Below, in pieces: positions 30,515 to 39,161 of a stretch of DNA of 64,000 bases. Made by a program: the position numbers and the translations under genes. This DNA is from Eubacteriales bacterium. GTDB lineage: Bacteria; Bacillota; Clostridia; Oscillospirales; CAG-272. The DNA is taken from assembly GCA_045644325.1 (NCBI GenBank), contig JAZRGT010000045.1, forward strand, positions 11,295 through 75,294, given 5' to 3'. A model generated the notes under the pieces. That model was not told the origin of the DNA. It was given only the letters and a program-made list of their open reading frames with translations, and did not search any database. Numbering within the stretch: position 1 is the first letter of the stretch; each line of letters opens with the position of its first letter.

Positions 30515-33169
30515 TTAGTTAAGCTTTGCAAGAGCTGCTTCGATTGCAGCAAGGGTTTCCTTATACTTTTCAAGCTTTGCCTTCTCGGCTTCGACTACGT
30601 TTGCGGGAGCCTTTGCGACAAATCCTGCATTGGAAAGCTTGCCGTCAAGGCGCTTGATCTCGCCCTGAGTCTTCTCGAGTTCTTTTGTAAGGCGTGCTCT
30701 TTCCTTCTCGGTGTCGATAAGCTCGGAGAGAGGCAGATATACGGTTGCCGCATCGGTTACGATCTGTGCCGCATCGTCTGCGGTGATCGCGCCTGCAAAG
30801 TCGGCGGAAACCTCAACCTCGGACGCCGAAGCAAGACGGCAGAAGAAGGGATAGGTTGCGGGAGTGAAGGAATCCTCATACTTGGTCTCAAGGTATACCT
30901 TGGTCTTTCTTGAAGGAGGAACGTTCATCTCGGTACGTCTTGCACGGATAGCCTTGATAACCGCGATGAGCTTATCGGTATGAGCGGCGTCGGTCTCGAA
31001 GTCGAGTGCGGCGTCGAACTTAGGATAGCTTGCGATCATAATGCTTTCTGCATCGCCCTCGTGAGGAAGTGCCTGATAGATCTCCTCGGTGATAAAGGGC
31101 ATAAAGGGATGGAGGAGCTTGAGAGTGCCCGTGAGAACGTATGCGAGAACGTTCTGAGCAACGAGTCCGCTTTCGCTTTCCTTATCCGCAAGGCGAGCCT
31201 TGGAGAGCTCGATGTACCAGTCGCAGAAGATATCCCATACGAAGTCGTAGAGGTTGGAGAGCGCGATACCGATCTCGTACTTATCGAGCGAAGCCTCAAC
31301 CGCCGCACAGAGCTTATTGAAGCGGCAGAGGATCCACTTATCCTCGGGAGCGAGCTTGGATGCCTCGGGAAGTTCAACCTTGTCGATGGTAAGGTTCATT
31401 CTTACGAAACGCGATGCGTTCCAGAGTTTGTTTGCGAAGTTACGAGCAGCCTCGATCTTTTCGTCCGAGAAACGCATATCGTTTCCGGGGCTGTTACCCG
31501 TTGCAAGTGCAAAGCGGAGCGCGTCTGCACCGTAGGTAGAAATGATCTCGAGGGGATCGATACCGTTGCCGAGCGACTTGGACATCTTTCTGCCCTGCGC
31601 GTCACGGACGAGACCGTGGATAAGTACGGTGTCGAAAGGAATGGTATCAGTATATTCGAGTGCCGAGAAGATCATTCTCGATACCCAGAAGGTGATAATA
31701 TCGTAACCCGTTACGAGGGTATTGGTAGGATAGAAGTACTTCAGATCCTCGGTGTTATCCGGCCAACCCATAGTCGAGAAGGGCCAGAGCGCGGAGGAGA
31801 ACCAGGTGTCGAGGGTGTCGGGATCCTGAGTCATATGACCGCCGCACTTGGGGCAGGTGTCAACGTGATCGGCGGAAACAACGGTCTCGCCGCACTTGTC
31901 GCAGTAATATGCGGGGATTCTGTGACCCCACCAGAGCTGACGCGAGATGCACCAGTCCTGAGTATTTTCCATCCAGTGGAAATAGTTCTTATCGAATCTT
32001 TCGGGAACAAACTTGATGCGACCGTCGCGAACAGCCTCGATAGCGGGCTTTGCGAGGGGCTCCATCTTTACGAACCACTGAAGGCTGATCATCGGCTCGA
32101 TGGTGGTTCCGCAACGGTAGCAGGTGCCGACCTCGTGCTTGATGTTATCGATCTGACAGAGGTAACCGCCCTCTTCGAGATCCTTGAGGATAGCCTTTCT
32201 TGCCTCGTAGCGATCCATACCCGCATACTTGGGATACGCATCGGTGATCTTTGGGTCCTCGGTGAGAACGACCTCCATCGGAAGCTTCTGACGGCGTCCG
32301 ACCTCGCAGTCGTTGGGGTCGTGTGCGGGGGTGATCTTAACGCAACCTGTACCCTTATCAAGCTGTGCGTGCTCGTCGGCAACGATCGGGATACGTCTGC
32401 CTACGAGAGGAAGAACGCAATACTTGCCGATAAGATCCTTATATCTTTCGTCCTCGGGGTTAACCGCAACAGCGGTATCTCCGAGCATAGTTTCGGGACG
32501 GGTGGTAGCGACCTCAACGTATCCTCCGCCGCCTACGAGAGGATAGCGGATGTGCCAGAAATGACCGTCCTGCTCAACGTAGTCAACTTCGGCATTCGAA
32601 ATGGAGGTCTTGCAGTGAGGACACCAGTTGATGATGCGTTCGCCGCGGTAGATAAGTCCCTTCTTATAGAGGCGCTCGAAAACGTCGCGAACTGCGCGGC
32701 TGCATCCCTCGTCGAGGGTGAAGCGTTCACGGGTCCAGTCGCAGGAGGAGCCCATCTTCTTGAGCTGGGAAATGATACGTCCGCCGTACTGCTCCTTCCA
32801 AGCCCAAGCGCGCTCGAGGAAGCCGTCACGTCCGAGGTCTTCCTTGGTAAGACCTTCCTTGCGCATTGCTTCAACGATCTTCGCCTCGGTTGCGATGGAA
32901 GCATGGTCGGTGCCGGGGAGCCAGAGGGTGCTGTAACCCGACATTCTCTTGTAACGGATAAGGATATCCTGAAGAGTGTTGTCAAGCGCGTGGCCCATGT
33001 GAAGCTGACCGGTGATGTTTGGAGGGGGAATAACTATGAAATAATGTTCTTTGCTGTAGTCGACTTCGGGGGTGAAATAACCCTTTTCTGTCCACATAGC
33101 GTAGAGTCTGTCTTCAAACTCTGAGGGATTATAGGTCTTCGGCAGACCCATATTGATCTCGGAATTCAT
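30515..33169 (-). CDS. valS: Valine-tRNA ligase
   Basis: PPPNITGQLHMGH, DWCISRQLWWGH, KMSKS, C-terminal coiled coil. Confidence 0.98.
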   Translation of the reverse strand: MNSEINMGLPKTYNPSEFEDRLYAMWTEKGYFTPEVDYSKEHYFIVIPPPNITGQLHMGHALDNTLQDILIRYKRMSGYSTLWLPGTDHASIATEAKIVEAMRKEGLTKEDLGRDGFLERAWAWKEQYGGRIISQLKKMGSSCDWTRERFTLDEGCSRAVRDVFERLYKKGLIYRGERIINWCPHCKTSISNAEVDYVEQDGHFWHIRYPLVGGGGYVEVATTRPETMLGDTAVAVNPEDERYKDLIGKYCVLPLVGRRIPIVADEHAQLDKGTGCVKITPAHDPNDCEVGRRQKLPMEVVLTEDPKITDAYPKYAGMDRYEARKAILKDLEEGGYLCQIDNIKHEVGTCYRCGTTIEPMISLQWFVKMEPLAKPAIEAVRDGRIKFVPERFDKNYFHWMENTQDWCISRQLWWGHRIPAYYCDKCGETVVSADHVDTCPKCGGHMTQDPDTLDTWFSSALWPFSTMGWPDNTEDLKYFYPTNTLVTGYDIITFWVSRMIFSALEYTDTIPFDTVLIHGLVRDAQGRKMSKSLGNGIDPLEIISTYGADALRFALATGNSPGNDMRFSDEKIEAARNFANKLWNASRFVRMNLTIDKVELPEASKLAPEDKWILCRFNKLCAAVEASLDKYEIGIALSNLYDFVWDIFCDWYIELSKARLADKESESGLVAQNVLAYVLTGTLKLLHPFMPFITEEIYQALPHEGDAESIMIASYPKFDAALDFETDAAHTDKLIAVIKAIRARRTEMNVPPSRKTKVYLETKYEDSFTPATYPFFCRLASASEVEVSADFAGAITADDAAQIVTDAATVYLPLSELIDTEKERARLTKELEKTQGEIKRLDGKLSNAGFVAKAPANVVEAEKAKLEKYKETLAAIEAALAKLN

Positions 33170-33205
33170 TTTTTATCTTCCTTTCAAATAATAAATTACA
33201 AATAG

Positions 33206-33360
33206 TCAATTGTAAAACTGCGTTTTACAATTGAAAGCGCGCGCTTATCGCCGCCGCCAAAATCAAAGATTTTGCCTGCTCCCCTCGGCGCGCCGGCTCG
33301 CGTGGCTCGCCTAAAAGGTGTGTTTTCAGTCGGCAAAACCGCGGAAAAAACAGATTTTAT
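33206..33360. repeat. Structured dispersed repeat, copy 2 (inverted relative to 785-959)
   Basis: Reverse complement aligns to 785-959; terminal stem TCAATTGTAAAAC-n3-GTTTTACAATTGA. Confidence 0.85.
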
Positions 33361-33363
33361 TTA

Positions 33364-33590
33364 ACAAAAAAGCACAAACATCCTAAAAACAGGACGCTTG
33401 CGCGCGGTACCACCTGTATTTGCGCCGAGGCGCACTCTCTTATATCCTGTCTCGGGGATAAACCGTTCGGAACTACTTCTCTTCACTCCGACCGCTCCGC
33501 GGCGACTTCGATGGCTTCTTATACGGACTCGCACCAACCGTCCGCTCTCTGAAATAATACGCGATCTACTACTCCGCTTCACAGCGTTTT
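33364..33590 (-). promoter_or_regulatory. T-box riboswitch, Val specifier GUC
   Basis: AGTA, AGAGA, GGTGCGA stem I motifs; GAA-GTC-G specifier (33504-33506); AGGTGGTACCGCG T-box; terminator; TTGACA-17-TATACT promoter at 33608-33636. Confidence 0.93.
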
Positions 33591-33776
33591 CACATTAATA
33601 CATTATAAGTATATCATTAATTATGATTTTTGTCAAGTGTTTTTTGCGATTTTACAGCAAATTTATCATTTGTCAATCATTGTACTTGACTTTGCAGTCA
33701 TAATATGATATAATATTCAGCGTTATGCCGCACACAAAAAATCTACGCGGCAAAGAAAGGAAATATTCAATAACTC

Positions 33777-35135
33777 ATGGAAGGCGACCGATTATTTTGG
33801 CTTCTTTTACTCCAACTTGTGCTTATCGGCATCAACGCATTTTTCGCGGCATCCGAAATGGCACTCGTTTCGCTCAACGTCAACATTCTTCGCAAGCAGG
33901 CGGAAGATGGCGACAAAAAAGCCAAACAACTTTTGAGACTTTCTGAAGAACCCACCGCATTTCTCTCCGCTATCCAGATCGCGATCACTCTTGCAGGCTT
34001 TCTCGGCTCGGCATTCGCGGCGGATAATTTCTCGGACCCTCTGACCAATCTTATCTACAATAAGCTCGGTTTCACGGCGATCGGAGAAGAAACGCTGAAC
34101 TCGATCACAGTCATTCTTATCACCCTCGTACTCTCCTATTTCACCCTTGTTCTCGGTGAGCTTGTTCCTAAACGTCTGGCGCAGCACTCTCCCGAAAAGA
34201 TCGCGCGGCTTGTTTGCCCCGTTGTATCGGCAATCAAGACGGTACTAAAGCCCATCATCTGGGTGCTGACAAAATCCACCAACCTTTGTCTGCGCATCTG
34301 CCGTATTGATCCCAATAAGGAAGCCGAGCGGGTGACAGAGGACGAGATACGTCTTATGGTCGATATCGGCGAGGAAAGCGGAACGATCGACGGCACTGCC
34401 GGCGAGATGATCGACAATATATTTGAATTCGACAACAATACCGCGCGAAGCATTATGACTCGTGCTATCGACGTTGTCACGATCCCTGCAGATGCTACGG
34501 ATGACGAGATCTTTTCAGTTCTCAAGGAAAGTGCGTACTCAAGATATCCCGTTTGTGGAGATGATATCAACGACGTTATCGGTGTTCTTTACTCAAAGGA
34601 TTACTACCTTGACCGTCTTTCACAGAATGAAAATAAACCTCTCGACGAGCTTCTCCGTCCCGCTCATTTTGTGCCCGAGACCGTTCGTTGCGACGTTCTT
34701 TTTCGCGATATGCAGAAGAACAATTGCCACATAGCAGTTGCAGTTGATGAATTCGGCGCGGTCAGCGGTATAGTAACACTTGAAGACCTCGTCGAGGAGA
34801 TCGTGGGCAACATCTACGACGAATACGATGACGAGGAAAAGGCTGAGGAAGAAAGCGATATAGTCGAAATTGAGGAAAACGTATGGCGCGTTGCGGGATC
34901 TGCCGAACTTGAAAAGATCGCCGACACGATCGGCTTTGAGCTTCCCGAGGACGCGGACTTCTCTACCCTCGGCGGTATGATAATGAACGAGCTTTCCGAG
35001 ATCCCCGAGGACGGCGCGGCTTCGATCGAGATCACAACCTGCGGCTTACATATAAAAGTCGAAAAGGTTGAAGATCGACGAATAGAGTACGCAATCGTTA
35101 CAAAACTTCCCTCCCCCGAGGATAAAGACGAATAA
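33777..35135 (+). CDS. Hemolysin-family CNNM/CBS/CorC protein
   Basis: NAFFAASEMA, LGELVPK, YSRYPV, VDEFG..GIVTLEDLVEEIVG. Confidence 0.92.
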   Translation: MEGDRLFWLLLLQLVLIGINAFFAASEMALVSLNVNILRKQAEDGDKKAKQLLRLSEEPTAFLSAIQIAITLAGFLGSAFAADNFSDPLTNLIYNKLGFTAIGEETLNSITVILITLVLSYFTLVLGELVPKRLAQHSPEKIARLVCPVVSAIKTVLKPIIWVLTKSTNLCLRICRIDPNKEAERVTEDEIRLMVDIGEESGTIDGTAGEMIDNIFEFDNNTARSIMTRAIDVVTIPADATDDEIFSVLKESAYSRYPVCGDDINDVIGVLYSKDYYLDRLSQNENKPLDELLRPAHFVPETVRCDVLFRDMQKNNCHIAVAVDEFGAVSGIVTLEDLVEEIVGNIYDEYDDEEKAEEESDIVEIEENVWRVAGSAELEKIADTIGFELPEDADFSTLGGMIMNELSEIPEDGAASIEITTCGLHIKVEKVEDRRIEYAIVTKLPSPEDKDE

Positions 35136-35168
35136 AATTTCAGCGGATGCCTCAGCATCCGCTGTTTT

Positions 35169-36032
35169 TTAATTATCGTCCCACATATTATACTGCGATC
35201 CGTCGTATCTCTTTTGCTCGCCCGGTTCGTTTAAATAGGGTGAATACATCATTATCGCCGAATTCTGCACAAGAAGCTGCTCGTCGATCAGTTCGCCATC
35301 GAGCGTAAGCTTCTGCTTATAAAGCTCATTGTGACGGGTATAGCCGCCCCAATACTCGAGGCGCATCTCGTGATTACGTTCAACAACATCGTATTTTACC
35401 AAAGGTTCGTTTACAGTTCGCCATTCGCCGACGAGATCGTCCTTTTCAACTGTAAGACAGAGCTGAAAGACCTCGTCCGTATCGTTGCGGATCATAAGGT
35501 CAACGTGAGGATAAAAGCACGTCGCGCCACTTGCGAAGGGTTGGGTGCGGTTGGCATCAGGAAAGACGTCGTATCCGTGGCGGTGGCGCTCGATAACTGT
35601 CAGAGGTGTGTGTGCTGTCATCCAGAATATCATATTGGCGAGCTGACAGAGTCCGCCGCCGACACCGGGCGTAATCTTACCGTTGCGCAGTATCATTCCG
35701 TCAAGAAAACCGCGGCGATATGTAGGCTTGCCGATAAGGCGCCAATAGCTGAATATCTCGCCGGGACGAAGAAGAAGTCCGTCCATACGCGACACGGCGA
35801 TTTTCAGATTAGTAACCTTGTTTTCCTGCATCCACATTTCAAGGTCCTTGAGCTTGCGGCGCATGGGAGTTCTGTGTGTGAAATACACGGCGGGAAGACG
35901 TTCTTCCTGACGTTTTTTCGCAAACTTATGCTCCATTGTAAGCCATTTGAGACGGCGGCGCGCTCCGTAGTAAGCACAGCCGAGTTTAAAACGAAGAGGC
36001 GAGCGGTCAATCGGTTTGTCAGATTTTTTCAT
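35169..36032 (-). CDS. VanW family protein
   Basis: LRPGEIFSYW, GGGLCQL, ERHRH, DL.IRN. Confidence 0.88.
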   Translation of the reverse strand: MKKSDKPIDRSPLRFKLGCAYYGARRRLKWLTMEHKFAKKRQEERLPAVYFTHRTPMRRKLKDLEMWMQENKVTNLKIAVSRMDGLLLRPGEIFSYWRLIGKPTYRRGFLDGMILRNGKITPGVGGGLCQLANMIFWMTAHTPLTVIERHRHGYDVFPDANRTQPFASGATCFYPHVDLMIRNDTDEVFQLCLTVEKDDLVGEWRTVNEPLVKYDVVERNHEMRLEYWGGYTRHNELYKQKLTLDGELIDEQLLVQNSAIMMYSPYLNEPGEQKRYDGSQYNMWDDN

Positions 36033-36183
36033 AATGTTTCTTCCTTTCGTTTTTCTTTATTATATCACATCAAAAGCATTTTTGTCAAGAATTATTATTT
36101 CGACTCTTTTCGAGTCAATAATCGGTTGACTTGCATTATAATATATGGTATAATTAAATCAGTAAAAAGGAAGGAGAACGCTG

Positions 36184-37485
36184 ATGGCGAACGTATTTGA
36201 TTATATAAAATGGCGCGGTGACTTGACGTTTGAACAATCGCCGCTGAATGAGATTGACGCCCTGATCTTCTGCGAGCTTTCATATATATTTTTTGACGGA
36301 ATCGTGCCCGAAGATCCGTCGGACGGCATTATCACGCTTGCCGAGGCGGCAGAGATATTCTTTGAGCGCAACGCGGGACTTGACGAGATAAGACTCGGAG
36401 AGATAATCCCCAAGGAGATTATTCCTCTTTTCCGAACCGTTGCCGCATCGAAAAGATTTTCTTCTCTTCCCCTTTCTCACTTTGTTAATATCATTGACGA
36501 TCAAACGGTCGAGCAATTTTCCGCGATCTCATATTTCCCCGATGACGAAACGGTTTTTGTTGCTTACCGAGGCACAGACGATACGATAACCGGCTGGCGA
36601 GAGGATTTCAGAATGGCGTTCCTCACTCCCGTTCCCGCGCAGAAACGCGCCGAAGAATACCTTCTTAAAGCATCGGAGGATGCAAAAAGCCTCTATGTCG
36701 CGGGGCACAGCAAGGGCGGTAATCTCGCGCTTTGGGCGGCAATGAACGCGTCCGACGAGATCGCCGAAAGGATCGGTAAGGTATATAATTTTGATGGTCC
36801 CGGATTTCTTGATGACGTATGGGAGAGTGAGCTCTACGAGCGCGTTGCGGGCAAGATATCTACCGTCATACCGACGGGCTCGGTGGTCGGTCTGCTTCTC
36901 AAATACGATAAGAATTACCGAGTTACGAAATCGAGCGCAAAGGGATATCTTCATCAGCACGATGCTCTGACCTGGGAGGTCGAGGGCGTGGAATTCGTCT
37001 GCGACGAGGACGTCGCGCCCGACGTCAAGCGTGCGCACGAGGTCGTCGGCAAATGGATCTATTCGATGGAGCCCGACGAACGCCGCACCTTCGTTGAGGG
37101 ATTTTTCGATATTCTCTGTTCCACCAGCGCAAAGACCGTCACCGATCTCGCCGAAAACCGAAGCGCGGTTATCAAGGCGTTTTCAAATATCGAACCCGAA
37201 ACACGTCAGGCACTTATGTCGGGCGTAAAATTCTTCCTCGGAGAGGGCAAATCGGCTATTACAGAGTCAATACGCGAACTTTTGAAGAAGAAGCCGGACG
37301 AAGACGTCCCTAAAGAGATCAAAGAAGTAAAGCCCGAACCGAAAAAAATACAGCCTAAAAAGGCCGTCAAAAAGGTTAAAAAGACCGTTCCGCACAAGCA
37401 TACCACCAAGCGCAGACACCATTCAGTAGCTTGCAGAATGCGTAACGAAGCACTTCACAAGGCGAGAAAGGTCATTAAAAAGTAA
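36184..37485 (+). CDS. DUF2974/Mbeg1-like alpha/beta hydrolase
   Basis: DYIKWRGD, AYRGTDDT..GWRED, GHSKGGN, FDGPGF, QHD. Confidence 0.88.
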   Translation: MANVFDYIKWRGDLTFEQSPLNEIDALIFCELSYIFFDGIVPEDPSDGIITLAEAAEIFFERNAGLDEIRLGEIIPKEIIPLFRTVAASKRFSSLPLSHFVNIIDDQTVEQFSAISYFPDDETVFVAYRGTDDTITGWREDFRMAFLTPVPAQKRAEEYLLKASEDAKSLYVAGHSKGGNLALWAAMNASDEIAERIGKVYNFDGPGFLDDVWESELYERVAGKISTVIPTGSVVGLLLKYDKNYRVTKSSAKGYLHQHDALTWEVEGVEFVCDEDVAPDVKRAHEVVGKWIYSMEPDERRTFVEGFFDILCSTSAKTVTDLAENRSAVIKAFSNIEPETRQALMSGVKFFLGEGKSAITESIRELLKKKPDEDVPKEIKEVKPEPKKIQPKKAVKKVKKTVPHKHTTKRRHHSVACRMRNEALHKARKVIKK

Positions 37486-38037
37486 AAAATCCCGACCGCG
37501 CGGTCGGGATTCTCTTTTTATAATGTTGATCTGGCACATTTTCATTGTGGTCAGCGCGGCAGCGTGGGTGTCGGGTGTGACTCCTGCGCAGGCATCGGCA
37601 ACGATCGAGACCTCGATCTCGGGGAGTGCCGCCTTGATTAGCATTGCATTGGAAACAACACAAATGTCGGTGCAAAGTCCGATGAGTGTGACCTCGATAT
37701 TCTCCTCACTCGCAAGCTTTACGATATGATCGCAAAGCTCGGTCGAGCCGAAGGTAGGCTTATCAATCACAAGACAGCCTTCAAGTGCAGGCGCGATCGC
37801 GGGGTGAATCTCCCAGCCGGGAGTGCCCTTGATACAATGCGGCACGGGAAGATGTCTGCCCTCTCGCGTTTCCATATATTCATCGGGATGAGTATCGCGC
37901 GTTGCGATAATATCCGCTTTGTCGTATTTTGCGATCTCGCGCAATACGTTCGGAATGATCGCAACCGCTTCGGCAGTACCGAGTGCGCCGTCGACGAAAT
38001 CGGTCTGCATATCAATTACAAGCAACAGTTTTCTCAT
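37423..38037 (-). CDS. Isochorismatase/nicotinamidase family cysteine hydrolase
   Basis: VIDMQTDF, TRDTH, HC..GT.GW, KPTFGS, GLCTDICV; C-terminus runs through a terminator. Confidence 0.88.
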   Translation of the reverse strand: MRKLLLVIDMQTDFVDGALGTAEAVAIIPNVLREIAKYDKADIIATRDTHPDEYMETREGRHLPVPHCIKGTPGWEIHPAIAPALEGCLVIDKPTFGSTELCDHIVKLASEENIEVTLIGLCTDICVVSNAMLIKAALPEIEVSIVADACAGVTPDTHAAALTTMKMCQINIIKRESRPRGRDFLLFNDLSRLVKCFVTHSASY

Positions 38038-38045
38038 TTTGCACC

Positions 38046-38696
38046 TCAAATGAATTTCAGAATATCTTCAACGGTTTCGGCGATATACTTCGCGCCCGAG
38101 CCTTCGAGCTCTTCTCTGCCGCCGTAGCCGTAAAGAACGCCAATGCAGTCGAACCCCTGCTCGCGCGCGCCGTTGACGTCCTGATCGCGGTCGCCGACCA
38201 TAATGCACTCTTCCCTATCGGTTACACCGAAATTCTCAAGGGCGTATGCGATGACCTGCCCCTTCTTTGCGCGGGAATAGTCCATCGTTGCGCCGGCAAC
38301 GAGGTCGAAGTATTTGGTGAGATCGAAATGATCAAGGATCTGCTTTGCAAAGTGCTCGGGCTTTGAGGTGGCAAGGATCACCTTTTTGCCCATTTTTCTG
38401 ACAGTTTCAAGCATCTCGGGAACGCCCGGATAAACGAGGTTTTCAAATATTCCGCGGTCGCGGTAATAAACGCGATATTCATCAACCGCCTCGAGCGCCT
38501 GCTCCTCGGTGAAACCGAAGTAATTCTTGAATGACCACACCAGAGGAGGCCCGACGAAGCAATTCAGCGTGCTTTTGGCCTCGACCTCAATATTCCAACG
38601 CTTCAGCGCAAAAGCAACCGAATTGGTGATACCGAGAGCGGAATCGGTCAGCGTACCGTCAAGGTCGAAGATAACGTATTTATATTCTCTGCTCAT
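38046..38696 (-). CDS. HAD family phosphatase (Gph/5'-nucleotidase-like)
   Basis: FDLDGTLTDS, GPPL, ATSKP, MVGDR. Confidence 0.9.
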   Translation of the reverse strand: MSREYKYVIFDLDGTLTDSALGITNSVAFALKRWNIEVEAKSTLNCFVGPPLVWSFKNYFGFTEEQALEAVDEYRVYYRDRGIFENLVYPGVPEMLETVRKMGKKVILATSKPEHFAKQILDHFDLTKYFDLVAGATMDYSRAKKGQVIAYALENFGVTDREECIMVGDRDQDVNGAREQGFDCIGVLYGYGGREELEGSGAKYIAETVEDILKFI

Positions 38697-38760
38697 TTGA
38701 CATCTCCGTAAGGATTTTTATTTATTATATCATAATCTAAAGAAAAAATCAACATTCGAC

Positions 38761-38789
38761 TTGACTTTTTGCTAGAAATGTGGTAAACT
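38761..38789 (+). promoter_or_regulatory. sigmaA promoter for tRNA-Leu
   Basis: TTGACT-17-TAAACT with extended TG. Confidence 0.7.
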
Positions 38790-38845
38790 ATTAAAGCATT
38801 AGCGGGTGTGTGCGGAAACAATTCCGCCACACCGCTCGTAAACTC

Positions 38846-38928
38846 GCGGGTGTGGCGGAATTGGCAGACGCGCAAGATTTAGGATCTTGTGTTAATTCGT
38901 GCAGGTTCAAGTCCTGTCACCCGCACCA
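38846..38928 (+). tRNA. tRNA-Leu(TAG)
   Basis: GCGGGTG/CACCCGC acceptor stem, CAAGA-TT-TAG-GA-TCTTG anticodon arm, variable arm, GGTTCAAGTCC, encoded CCA. Confidence 0.96.
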
Positions 38929-38930
38929 AC

Positions 38931-38965
38931 AAAAAGGAACTTTTGTAAAACAAAAGTTCCTTTTT
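38931..38965 (+). terminator. tRNA terminator
   Basis: AAAAGGAACTTTTG-taaaa-CAAAAGTTCCTTTTT. Confidence 0.8.
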
Positions 38966-38969
38966 GTTT

Positions 38970-39138
38970 ATCCAAGCCGCAGGCTTGGTATATCATCACG
39001 CGGCAGCGTGTATATCATCGCCAAAGGCGTATATCATCATCGTAGTTGTATCTTTCTGCGGCTTGATGATATACAATGCTTCGCATTGATGATATACCGC
39101 AACAAGTTGCGGATGATATACAAGGCTTGCGCCTTGAT
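38970..39138. repeat. Palindromic REP/BIME-like array of GTATATCATC / GATGATATAC units with mini-hairpins
   Basis: GTATATCATC at 38988, 39010, 39029; GATGATATAC at 39065, 39088, 39112; short variable hairpins between units. Confidence 0.85.
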
Positions 39139-39161
39139 TTAGCAGTAGAAATCCGATTAAG

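Noticed and set aside
33361-33598. Short ORFs upstream of valS
   Set aside because: Region fully explained by the T-box riboswitch
33777-35135. Hemolysin virulence factor
   Set aside because: CNNM/CBS/CorC architecture points to Mg2+/cation homeostasis; the name is a legacy annotation
35169-36032. Vancomycin resistance locus
   Set aside because: Lone VanW-family gene; no vanHAX/vanB ligase or vanRS in the window
38970-39138. Possible mini CRISPR array
   Set aside because: Repeats are only 10 bp, spacers within each arm are about 9-14 bp and self-complementary, orientation flips midway, and there are no cas genes
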